A stretch of DNA of 64,000 nt from Piromyces finnis finn (lineage: Eukaryota; Fungi; Neocallimastigomycota), in assembly GCA_002104945.1 (NCBI GenBank), contig MCFH01000083.1, forward strand, positions 62,001 to 126,000, given 5' to 3'. The notes below the pieces were generated by a model that saw only the letters and a list, made by a program, of their open reading frames with translations, was not told where the DNA came from and did not search any database. A program made the position numbers and the translations under genes. Below are positions 37,271 through 48,190 of the stretch, in pieces (position 1 is the first letter of the stretch; each line of letters opens with the position of its first letter).

Positions 37271-38426
37271 ATGACATATTCAGATATTCAAGAACTTTGT
37301 AAATATCGGGAATTCAAAGAAATATATACTGAAGAAAAATTGATTGAAGAGAATCTCCATATGAAGCGATATCAAATTTTACCTGTACGATATATGACAA
37401 ATGAAAATGAAATAGCTAAAAGATTTCTAATTTATCATTCGCCGGGTACTGGGAAATCATTTACAGCTCTATGGATTTTATTGAATTTCATTGATATTTA
37501 TAAAAAACCAAGTATTATATTGGTAAAAAGTAAAGAGGCCATTATGGAATTTAAACAGAGAGTCGCGTTATGGTACGCTTACACATACAATTATCGTCAA
37601 CCTCCAACCGGTATTACCAATTATCACCAATTTATAAAAAGATACATCGAATTTCATACCTACATTACTTTTTGTAAATCCGTTGAAACCATAAAAGATA
37701 TTTCGTTATATGAAAATAGGCTTTTAATCATTGACGAAATACACCATTTTCGAAATACAGTTGGTAATAAAATTATATATAATAAATTACTTAAATTTTT
37801 AAATAACATAAAAGATTCGAGAGTCTTATTTATGTCGGCTACTCCGATTTTCGATAATTATAATGAAATAACAAGTTTAGTAAAATTAATAAAACCTGAT
37901 TTTGATTTCAGTATTAAAATAACACCGAAAAAATTGGAAGAAATAATGAAAGGTCATGTATCGTATTATGGATTAAATCCACCGGACACATCAGTTAATT
38001 TTATAGGTTCTCATGTGCCAAGAATTGAACGCTTTAAAATATTTAAAGTTTCCATGAAAGGATTGCAACTTGAAAATTACAAAACGTTAGCTAGTGAATC
38101 AAAAAGTATATGCAACATTGGAATTAGTCATGTGAAAGCAACGCTTGGTATAATTGGTTTTAAAGAAGAGGATTCACACGATAATTATGATGAAAGTTCA
38201 TCTAACAATATTTCAGATAATAATAATGATGAAAATTCATCTAACAATATTTCAGATGATAATAATGATGAAAATATTTCTATTTCCATTTCAAATGATG
38301 ATGATAATGAAAATTTTTCTGAAAATATGTCAGATGATGAAAATAACGATAATGATTCTGACAATATTTTAAATGATGTTAATAACGATGATTCTAATAA
38401 TAATAATAATAATAATAATTCAGAAG

Positions 38427-38464
<38 letters not shown>

Positions 38465-38501
38465 TCAGAAGATAATAATAATAATAATAATAATTCAGAA
38501 G

Positions 38502-38545
<44 letters not shown>

Positions 38546-38552
38546 TCAGAAG

Positions 38553-38599
<47 letters not shown>

Positions 38600-40813
38600 T
38601 CAGAAGATAATAATAATAATAATAATTCAGATGATCGGTACATTTTAAAAAATGAAAATATTATTAATAGTAACAGTATTATTCAGAATATTATAAGAAA
38701 ACAATCAAAGAAACTTGAAAACTACTGCTGTAAATTACATGAATGCCTTAAAATCATTAATAGTGAAAATAGTCCGGATGGTCCTGTTTTTATTTACTGT
38801 AATATTATTGATGAAGTAGGTATTTATTATTTTGCTGCATTACTCTGTGAAATGGGCTATAAATACATTTATGATAAAAAATCAGCATTAAAATTCGGAC
38901 AAAAGTTATCTTTAAATGAAAATATTAACTATCCGGAATTAAAAGAAATGCGAATAAACAGAAACAAGAAAAAATGGAATTTTACCTTTGTTACCGGAGA
39001 TAAGAGACTATGCCCAAACGTTATGGAACGCTTAGGCATATTTAATGATACAAGTAATAGAAATGGTACAACTATTAAAGTACTTCTTGGAAGTGATATA
39101 TTATCGGAAAGTGTAGATATCATGAATATTCGCCAATTACACATATTGACACCGCACTGGAATTATGAAAAAATTAACCAAATTATCGGCCGAATTCGTA
39201 GAGTGGGATCTCATGACGCTTTACCACCACACCAAAGAAATGTTAATATTTATCTATACATGGCTTATAACAGTGATCATGAATGCGAATATGAAAATTC
39301 GATAAATTACAGCATTGATTATGTTAAGTATATTATTAGCGAAAAAAAGTATAATCAAGCTTTAATGTATAACAACGCCTTACAAAATGCTTCCATTGAG
39401 TCTTTAATATGTGATAATCAGTCAGAAATTAATTCTAATAATACCAACACCAACACTAACACCAACACCAACACCGATACCATAGACAATTTTCAATATT
39501 CCAAAAACTATCTACGTAAAACTCTACCGATATACCTTTCCATAGCATGCAATGAATTTAAAAGTGTATTCGATTCATCTACCTGCTGCTATATAAGTGT
39601 AAACGATTTCAGAAAAAGAGTACCCCTATTAAATACCTTTATAATGAATAAAATTATTGAAATAATTAAATCTAAAAATATTATTATTAATGAAAAAAAT
39701 TTAGAATATTCATGTGCCTTATTTTTCCTTGAATCTGTCCCAAATGTCCATTTTTGTAATAGCGCTAATGTAAGTATAAGCAACCCATCACTTAGTATGC
39801 TTACTCACTACAATCCTAACTACTCTGCATACACACCAAAAAAAATAGCGTCCAAAAAGCACAAAGATAAAACTATCGAATATAACCCTCAAAATGATAA
39901 CCAACTCAGTAAAGCTTTGTTAAATACCGAAAATTCTGAAATTGTAATGAAAATAAAAAATATGGAAGATCTTTTAAATAGTAAATTAATAAAAGAATTT
40001 TACGACAGTATATCTCAACTTACACACACAGAAATCCTCGACATTTTAAAATATAGTCTTAAAAACGATTTAAAGAATTTTAAACAATTATTAAGTCCTT
40101 ACTGGATGGAATATAAAGAATTATTTTATATTTTATATTTTTCGAGCATTAAAAATTCCTCTTATGCTAGTAACAAAAAACGTTCCATTAACGATTTTAG
40201 TAATATGATCATGTATAGCGATAGAAATTTTGAAAATTGGACTCTATTGAAGAATAAGGAATTGAAAAATTTATCCATTGTATTTCAGCGTCATTACAAT
40301 GAAAAAACATCTATACGCATTAATAATCGTCTAAAGTATGTTTATGTATTATGTAATGATTTCACCCTTCGTTATCGTGACTTGCGCAGTGACTTGAATC
40401 TTTATTCGAAAAAAGAAGATGATTCTAATAATCTTAGGAATATAAATCGTGGTAGAAATATTGATAATTTTTATGACAAAAAGGAATTGATAGAAAGGTT
40501 AGTATACTCGGTATGTTTTGACAATCTTGAAGATGAATTGCCTTTAATAGAAAACTATAAAAAAATATCTGTTTCGGACATTACCGATTTACTTGAAAAT
40601 AACACCAATGAAAACACTGATTTAATTGAATATATATTAAATGTTGTAACTAATGATAACATAAATGAATATTGTAGTAAAAGACCTTATCAAGCATTTT
40701 TATTATATACATTACTTTCTTCAATACCATGTTTAATTAAAACAACAAGGTATAATATTATTGATGTTTGGAAAAAGTATTTATTTACTTATAATTTAAT
40801 AGTTGTTTTATAA
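37271..40813 (+). CDS. NCLDV D6/D11-type SF2 helicase (VETF small subunit / NPH-I family) with a poly-Asn insertion
   Basis: FLIYHSPGTGKS (motif I), LIIDEIHHF (II), FMSATP (III), LGSDILSESVDIMNIRQLHILTPHWN (V), QIIGRIRRVGSHDALPPHQRNVNIY (VI plus the NCLDV-typical tail). Confidence 0.88.
38395..38635 (+). repeat. Higher-order microsatellite [(AAT)n-TCAGAAGAT] inside the helicase ORF
   Basis: Encodes (N)n-SED repeats, all in frame. Confidence 0.95.
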
Positions 40814-41214
40814 TTTAAAATATAATTTAAAATATATTTAAAAATATAATTAAAACTTTACTTTTCTTTTATTGTTTAGACTAAATATTTTTTTAAAAAA
40901 TTAAAAAATAAATAAATAAACCTTTTTTTATTATCTTTAATTATTAATTGGTAAAAAAAATTAACAAGTTTACTAAATTATTACAAATTTAGCAAAATAA
41001 TACTTATAATTCTTATTTATATTATTATTTATTTAGTTATTTATATATATAGGAATAGAAAGAAATAGAAGATTTTACATAAATTCTTTCTAAAATATAA
41101 TTAATTTATTATTTTTATATTTTTAATATTTTAATATTTTAATATTTTATTTTCATTATTACTTCATTCTTTTTTTTTTAAAAAAAAAAAAAAGAAAGAA
41201 AATATTAAATATAA

Positions 41215-41216
41215 TG

Positions 41217-41260
<44 letters not shown>
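41215..41260 (+). repeat. (TA)n(TG)n compound microsatellite
   Basis: Directly visible in the sequence. Confidence 0.9.
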
Positions 41261-41437
41261 AATTATAAATAAATTTTTAAAAAAAATAAAATATTCATAT
41301 TTAATAAATTTTAATTATTTCGCAATACTAAAATTGCTTATCTACTAAAATATTTTAATATTTGTATATAGAATTATGTAAATATAACAATTTATAATTT
41401 AAACAAAAATCTAAAACATTACAAATCATATTCTTCT

Positions 41438-42277
41438 TTATAATCTTTCAGTACTACTACGAAGAGAATTAGACGAAATATTAATATCAACAAAATAAGC
41501 TTTGCAAGTAAAATTTACCATTGGTACCCCATTAATCATTCGTTCATTAACTAACACATAACAAACTTTAATAATAGGATAAATATTACCATGAATATAG
41601 CAAAAAGTGTCTTTGGAAAGAAGATCAGCAACTTCTTTTGAATAAACATCACCGCAATACACATTAGTTCCTATTTTGAACTTTTCTTTAATTGGATCCT
41701 TGAAATAACGGAAATTAATATATTCAGCATCTTTACTTTTATTAATTATCCCAGTGTACGTCCAATTTTGAGTGTAAGTTACCTTATTTTTAGTAAGTAA
41801 GTTTGAGATAGGTGAAGTCATATCCATATTCTTTATATAGTTTGAAATTAAATATTTTATTCTTTCATCAACTAATCGAACATGTTCAATAAATTTATTG
41901 GTTGAGGCAGTTTCATTGTTAGATATTTTATGGAAGAAATTGTCTTGAATATAGTTATTTTTATTAAGGTGATAATGTGACATTGGAATGGATAAAGCAG
42001 GTAAATCCGATAAAGATAAATCTGAGGTGTCATTTACAGCGCCGATAACCACATTACTACAGTTATTATAGCATTTAACAACAAATCTGTACATTTTATT
42101 ATTTTTAGGTAAGGGGACAACTTCTTTAAAATTTATGGTATTAACCATAGTTTGAAATACAATGTCTGAATAACATGACGCTAAAACCCTTTTGTAATAA
42201 TCCAAACGAGGATTACTCGATTCATTATTCGACTTAACTAATTTCGTAAGTTGTTCCGAAGATGTTGAATTATTCAT
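41438..42277 (-). CDS. Virus-region hypothetical protein, possibly an OB-fold ssDNA-binding protein
   Basis: 279-aa intronless beta-rich ORF. The C-terminal IYPIIKVCYVLV...VNFTCKAYFV is reminiscent of NCLDV/T7-type SSB strands (weak, by eye). Confidence 0.4.
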   Translation of the reverse strand: MNNSTSSEQLTKLVKSNNESSNPRLDYYKRVLASCYSDIVFQTMVNTINFKEVVPLPKNNKMYRFVVKCYNNCSNVVIGAVNDTSDLSLSDLPALSIPMSHYHLNKNNYIQDNFFHKISNNETASTNKFIEHVRLVDERIKYLISNYIKNMDMTSPISNLLTKNKVTYTQNWTYTGIINKSKDAEYINFRYFKDPIKEKFKIGTNVYCGDVYSKEVADLLSKDTFCYIHGNIYPIIKVCYVLVNERMINGVPMVNFTCKAYFVDINISSNSLRSSTERL

Positions 42278-42819
42278 ACTATTATTTAATATTCTATCCT
42301 ATTTTATTATATTATATTATATAATATTATATAATATTATATTATATTATATTTATTAATATTATATTGTATTTATTAATATTATATAAATATAGTTAAA
42401 ATTTAAATCAATTTATGAAATAATGGAAAGGATTTATAATACAATATTAAAAGAAAATTTTATTTATCATTTTATATATTTTATATCAAACTTTGAATTA
42501 AATTTTAAAAACAAAGCATATTACAATTAACATATCGCTAATTTATAATTAATTAATTAATTAATTAATTTATTTATTAAAAGTATTTACAATTAAATAA
42601 TTCTTTAATATAGTATTAAGTTAAAAAATAGGTAATTTATAATATATAAATTATTATATTATAAATTTATAGTAAATATATTCTATGTAATAAAATATAA
42701 AATAGGTTATATTTTAAAGTTAATGTTTTTTTTTTCTTTATTTATTAAATTATGAAATTCATATATAAATATATAGATATTTTTAATAAATTATAAATTA
42801 TATTTAATGAGGATTTTTT

Positions 42820-43077
42820 TTAAATAATCTTTTTACAATTTAAACAATAATATACTAGCGTAGCTTCTTCGTCACTACGACGAATTTGTATACGTCTAAT
42901 ATCAATGTTGTTACTGTGACATCTTTTACAAAGTAACGAACTATTTGATATATTATTTATTTTATTTTCTAGTAATTCCAATTCTTGTTGCTCCTTTATT
43001 CTATCTTCCTTAAACAAAGAGGATTCTTCAAAAAATTTATCTAATGAATTAATTGATAAATCAGCCATTGCTATCAA
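42820..43077 (-). CDS. Stand-alone TFIIS/RPB9-type zinc-ribbon protein (viral transcript-cleavage factor-like)
   Basis: CKRC...QIRRSDEEATLVYYCLNC retains the four Cys and the acidic DE hairpin. Only ~82-85 aa, lacking the TFIIS N-terminal domains; the likely ATG is at 43068. Confidence 0.85.
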   Translation of the reverse strand: MIAMADLSINSLDKFFEESSLFKEDRIKEQQELELLENKINNISNSSLLCKRCHSNNIDIRRIQIRRSDEEATLVYYCLNCKKII

Positions 43078-43559
43078 ATAAAATTAAATAGTTTAAATAT
43101 AAAGTATAAAAAAAGATTTTGGTTAAAATATTAGTTATTAAATTATCTCTATTTTTATTTATGGTAATCTAAATAAAACAATAAAGATTTATATTATAAT
43201 GAAATAAAAGATATTACAAATATTTTATGTATTTTATAAAGGTAATTAACTTAATATAAATTATAATAAAGATTTATAAATTAAATGATATTTTTCAATT
43301 TTTAATTTAACAAATATTTAAATATTTATTATCATTTTAGAAAAAAAATTTTTTTTTTTTTATTTTTTATTTATTTTTTTTTTTTTTTTTGAATTAATTT
43401 TAATGTTTTAAATAATTATATTAAATATTCAAAAATAAAATATATTAATATAAAATGATATTTATACAAGTTTAAAATAATAATACTAAAATTTTCTGTA
43501 TTATAATTGTTAATGTATTGTTAGTAAAATACAATTTTTTATTAGATAAACTTTAAAAA

Positions 43560-45758
43560 ATGGATATCATTCAATTAATTAATAATTTATTAAGTAATAA
43601 CAAATGCCTATCTAATGAATATGAAATAATAATAAATAATAAAAAATTTTCATTTTTTGAAGGAATCAATATAATTGACTGTAATAAACTTTCCAAAGAT
43701 CAATATGCTGTTAAATGTAAAGATAATATAAAAGTTGACGCAAATTATTCATCATTTTTTTCTCTTTTTAACATATTGGAAAGAAAATCAAAAGAGAAAA
43801 TCTTCAAATATAATTTCGATTTAAAGGATACAACAAAAACAAGCTTTTATATTCCGGTCAATATTTCTATACATACTTTTAAAGAAGTGTATAATAAATT
43901 AATAAAATTAGATTTGCCGAATACTTGCCAATATGTCATTGGTTTTATTGGAGGATTACATTATTATCATTACTTTAATAATGATTGCTACACCGGATCA
44001 TATAATTATAATCAAAATTTAATTAAAATGGATAGGGTTAAAGATATTGAAGATTTAGATAATTATATAATTATAAGATGTTGTCATGATTGTATAAAAA
44101 TCACCCATGATAAAATTGTGTTTTCCGAAAGAGATACGTATGACAATATTATTTGTAGAATATTGCCATGTTTTAATTACACAAATGAACAAATACTAAT
44201 TAGATTTACACCTTGTGATGCTTCTTTTATCTATCCAATATCTATAAACTTTCAATTATTTGATCTAATGCTCTATGAAAATGGTTTTTATCCTTATATA
44301 TATGCCAATGAAAGCGATAGTTTAATAAAGTGCCAAGAAAAATTAGTGTATACAATGAATATTCTTAATAAATCCATTAACATGTTGCTTTACAACAAAT
44401 ACAAGCAATTTACAGAAACTATCCAATTTCAAGATTTAGAGTGGTATATGTACTCGGCTGTTAAAAAAGTGTTGAAATACCTATATTTATTTTATATTGA
44501 CTTCCATATACGTTATTATCAAAGAAATGAACCTTTCAGTACTCCAATTAAAATAAATTACAATAGATTATTTGGAAAATATTATACTAGATATTTTAAT
44601 AATAAAGATAAAGTATTGCCGGTGATTGCTGATAAGGATTACTGCGTCGAAAATAATATTCCGTATGTTCAATGGAATAGCAATTACTATAGAGCTCCGG
44701 AAAATTCGGGATATAAAATAATTCTTTCAACAAATAAAAAATATACAGATAATAACGGAATTCCTAAATGTGTTAAAGTCATAAGAAAGTATAAGGAAAA
44801 AAGGGAAGTTGTCTACTTTAACATAACCCATGAACTAAACGAACATTGTAAAGGCCAATTCCCTTCAAATTTATTTATATCCTATGGCTTTGAATTACTG
44901 CATTTATACCGTGTATATTTCGATATCCCGGAAATATCTAGTAAATTTACCACTTGTCCTAAATGCAACACCTACATTAGCATTCCAAGTCAAAAAGACT
45001 TGGTAAATACCATAAAAGACTTACTTCATCACAACCAATTAAAAATACTAAATAAAAATTACAGTTTCAATGATGTTAACATACTTTCTTTTTCTATTGA
45101 TAACGATATGAATGTATATCCGTATTGCGTTTTTAACCACGTTTACAGTTTTAATCCTTTCATTCCTTTTTTAATAGTTATATTAAACACTTCTAAATTA
45201 TATACATTTCCTAATTATCGATTTGAATTTGTGGTAGGCCCAAATGACAATTGGTTCAATTTTAATGATGATCTTGTACAGGCTATATTTTCTATGTATA
45301 AAAAAAACTCTATTTTAATTATGGATAGTACTAAATTAAATAAATGCATTAAGCAATACGTCTTAGATAATGACACTGCAACCACTACTATTTTAATAGC
45401 AGAAAAAGAATATCCAAATGAAAATTTTTATCTATGGAGATCTATTTATTCAGAAGTAATACCTAAGATACCAATAATAAAGGATGCCGAAGAATTTCAC
45501 AATACCCTGCCATCATTTTCATTTCTATGTAAAACGATTAAAAGTATATCTGCTTTTCATTACAATGCATTGGATGAAAATAATGAAAAATTCATGGTTT
45601 ATGGTGTATGGGAAAATGAAATTTATTACCCATGTAAAGCATCATTGGAGATAGTAAAACCGGATAGCATTAATAAACCTTACTTATTAATAAAAAGAAA
45701 TTTAGATGGAACTGTTTATTCATTTACTAAAGATAGTTCTAATTTTATAGTTTTTTAA
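43560..45758 (+). CDS. Putative early transcription factor large subunit (poxvirus A7L / VETF-L-like)
   Basis: 732 aa, intronless. YYTRY...LPVI...YYRAP...GIPKCVK is a degenerate version of the VETF-L Y.R.C...P.....YY.CP...PCC motif, followed by G.FP.NL; the neighbours are NCLDV transcription genes. Confidence 0.55.
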   Translation: MDIIQLINNLLSNNKCLSNEYEIIINNKKFSFFEGINIIDCNKLSKDQYAVKCKDNIKVDANYSSFFSLFNILERKSKEKIFKYNFDLKDTTKTSFYIPVNISIHTFKEVYNKLIKLDLPNTCQYVIGFIGGLHYYHYFNNDCYTGSYNYNQNLIKMDRVKDIEDLDNYIIIRCCHDCIKITHDKIVFSERDTYDNIICRILPCFNYTNEQILIRFTPCDASFIYPISINFQLFDLMLYENGFYPYIYANESDSLIKCQEKLVYTMNILNKSINMLLYNKYKQFTETIQFQDLEWYMYSAVKKVLKYLYLFYIDFHIRYYQRNEPFSTPIKINYNRLFGKYYTRYFNNKDKVLPVIADKDYCVENNIPYVQWNSNYYRAPENSGYKIILSTNKKYTDNNGIPKCVKVIRKYKEKREVVYFNITHELNEHCKGQFPSNLFISYGFELLHLYRVYFDIPEISSKFTTCPKCNTYISIPSQKDLVNTIKDLLHHNQLKILNKNYSFNDVNILSFSIDNDMNVYPYCVFNHVYSFNPFIPFLIVILNTSKLYTFPNYRFEFVVGPNDNWFNFNDDLVQAIFSMYKKNSILIMDSTKLNKCIKQYVLDNDTATTTILIAEKEYPNENFYLWRSIYSEVIPKIPIIKDAEEFHNTLPSFSFLCKTIKSISAFHYNALDENNEKFMVYGVWENEIYYPCKASLEIVKPDSINKPYLLIKRNLDGTVYSFTKDSSNFIVF

Positions 45759-46189
45759 TTTAATATATGAAAAAAAAATTGTAGTTACAAAAAATTTTTA
45801 AATTAGAATTTCCTATTTATTTTTAAAATTTATATACTTTGTTTTTTTTAAATGATATAAATAATATATATATATTTTATTTTATTTTATTTTATTATAT
45901 AAATAGTTATAAACATTAAATTTTGTCTTCAAAAGAATATTAAAAATAAATAAATGTATAAATAAATGATATAATAATTAATTACAAATAATTAATAATT
46001 AAATATACATCTACCTATCTTTCTAAATATATATGTATATATAATAAAATATAATTAATTAATTAAATAAATTGAATTTTGAATTTAATATAAAATGATA
46101 ATTTATTTATCTGAATAATAATTAATCTATTATAAATATATAGTGTAAATTATATTGTAAATATTTTTTTAAATATTTTATAAATCAAT

Positions 46190-47839
46190 ATGAATTTGGA
46201 AGACTTTCCTGATAATGATATCGATTATATTTGTAATGAAATACATAAAAAATTTGAAAGAAATAAAAGCTTAATAACATATATTAATCAAGTTAATGAT
46301 AAAGTTAGAACCTTTTTAAAGAAAAAACATAAATCAGAAAAAATAGATTGTGATAAGTTTGTTAAATATATTGTTGATAAAATTGAGTTTCGTATGATAA
46401 AAGAAAATGTTCATGTTGGCATTTTAGCAGCTCAGTCAATTGGTGAACCGGTTACACAATCAGCATTAAGTTACTTTCATAACTTAACTAGTAATAAAGA
46501 AAATATTAATGGATTGAAGGAACTGTACAATATAACCCATAATAAGTTGGATTTCAGCGTAGCTGAATTCTACTTCAAATCAAAAGATTATGATAGAGTA
46601 TTAAAGAAGACGGTAATGAGCAATATGGAATATAAGACTTTAAATGATGTAGTTTTAGATGTTGTATATGATGGTTTCATCCTTCGCTTTTATTTATGCC
46701 GCCATACTATATTTAATTTCAGATTTCATCCCCAAACTATTTTTGATGCTCTAAAAAAATATTTAAATGATACAAAAAATATATTGAATACATGGGAAGC
46801 ATCTATAAATTTTTCGGATCTTTATATTCAATTTTCTCAACCTTCTTCAAAGTTTCTTGACTGGTTGGATGATCATCAAATTAAATATTTAGTAGATGTA
46901 GATATGATATGTGTTTATAAACAAAATGAAAATGAAAATGAAAATGAAAATGAAAATGAAAATGAAAATGAAAATGAAAATGAAAATGAAAATGAAAATG
47001 AAAATGAAAATGAAAATGAAAATGAAAATGAAAATGAAAATGAAAATGAAAATGAAAATGAAAATGAAAATGAAAATGTTGATTATAATAATACACATAT
47101 TAGGGAAAACAATAATATAAACTATTTTGATATTAATGAACATAATATTGGAAATATTAAATTTATGTCAAATATTATAAAAAAAAGAAATTTTATTACT
47201 GATTATTTTGAAGACCATAAATTAAAATTCGAAGAAAATGATAAATATTATATACTTGATAGTGGCTATATTAATTTAAATAAAGATGATATAACAAAAA
47301 TATTAGATAATGTTGTATTATCAGGAACTAAAGGGGTTGTTAAAGTTGAAAAGAACTTTATTGGAGATGAATTATATTTAGAGGTTACAGGATTAAACTT
47401 AAATTCTCTCTTTAATAATAAATATCTTGATAAGAATCGCTCTAGATATATCGTATATGGTAATTCAATGGACATTAACTTTGAATTACGTAAACAAAAT
47501 ATTTTAATGCAATTACAAAGAATTGTGAATGTTGATTCTTCCTCAACCTATAATAACCAACATATATAATTATTAACTAATTTTATGTGTCGTGATAACA
47601 CAATTTTGCCAATGTCCCGTTTTGGAATGAAAAAAGGTAATTATTCTTTTATATCTCAATTATCTTTTGAAGATCCTTATAGCGTAATTCAAGATGTATT
47701 CTATGGTGTCAAAGATAATTTAACATCTATATCTTCAAAGTTGATTACAGGAATATATAATGATAATGAAGAAGAAAATACTGAAAATACTGAAAAAGAT
47801 AAAAAGAATGATAAGAACGAGAAGAATGAAAAAGATTAA
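46190..47839 (+). CDS. rpb1: RNA polymerase largest subunit, C-terminal half only (RPB1-C / archaeal A''-like split), with an EN-repeat insertion and one in-frame TAA at 47567-47569
   Basis: VGILAAQSIGEPVTQSALSYFH (trigger-loop region). After the stop, HI*LLTNFMCRDNTILPMSRFG...LSFED continues in frame, matching RPB1 RH.xLLxDxM...SFE. Confidence 0.85.
46925..47077 (+). repeat. (GAAAAT)n hexamer microsatellite, ~25 units, in frame in RPB1-C
   Basis: Directly visible; encodes (NE)n. Confidence 0.95.
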
Positions 47840-48190
47840 ATACACTGAAAATAAATAAGAAATATTAGAAGAACTAGCATGATTTTATTTTAATATTATT
47901 TTTATTTTATATTCTTAATTTTGATATACAAAGTCATATAATGTTATTACACTTTTTTTTTTTAAAAAAAATAAAATATTATCTTTAATTATAAAATATT
48001 TTTATTAATAAACATAATTAAATATTAGTAAGTAATTATAAATGTAGTTTTAAAAAATATATAATAGATATAAAAAATACTTTTTTTAAAAAAAATATAT
48101 TTAGTGTATAAGAATATTATAAATATTTAAATAGTAAATTATTTTTTATTTCTTTCTAGATTAGTAATTATATTTATAACATAAAATAAA

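Noticed and set aside
38154-38648. Short ORFs rich in I, L, M or F/H (38154, 38185, 38373, 46881, 46889, 46911, 26668, 29044, 18945)
   Set aside because: Alternate-frame or antisense readings of AAT, GAAAAT, ACT and TAT microsatellites.
47567-47569. Stop-codon reassignment explaining the in-frame TAA and TAG
   Set aside because: Only two isolated cases involving different codons; other long ORFs terminate normally at TAA.
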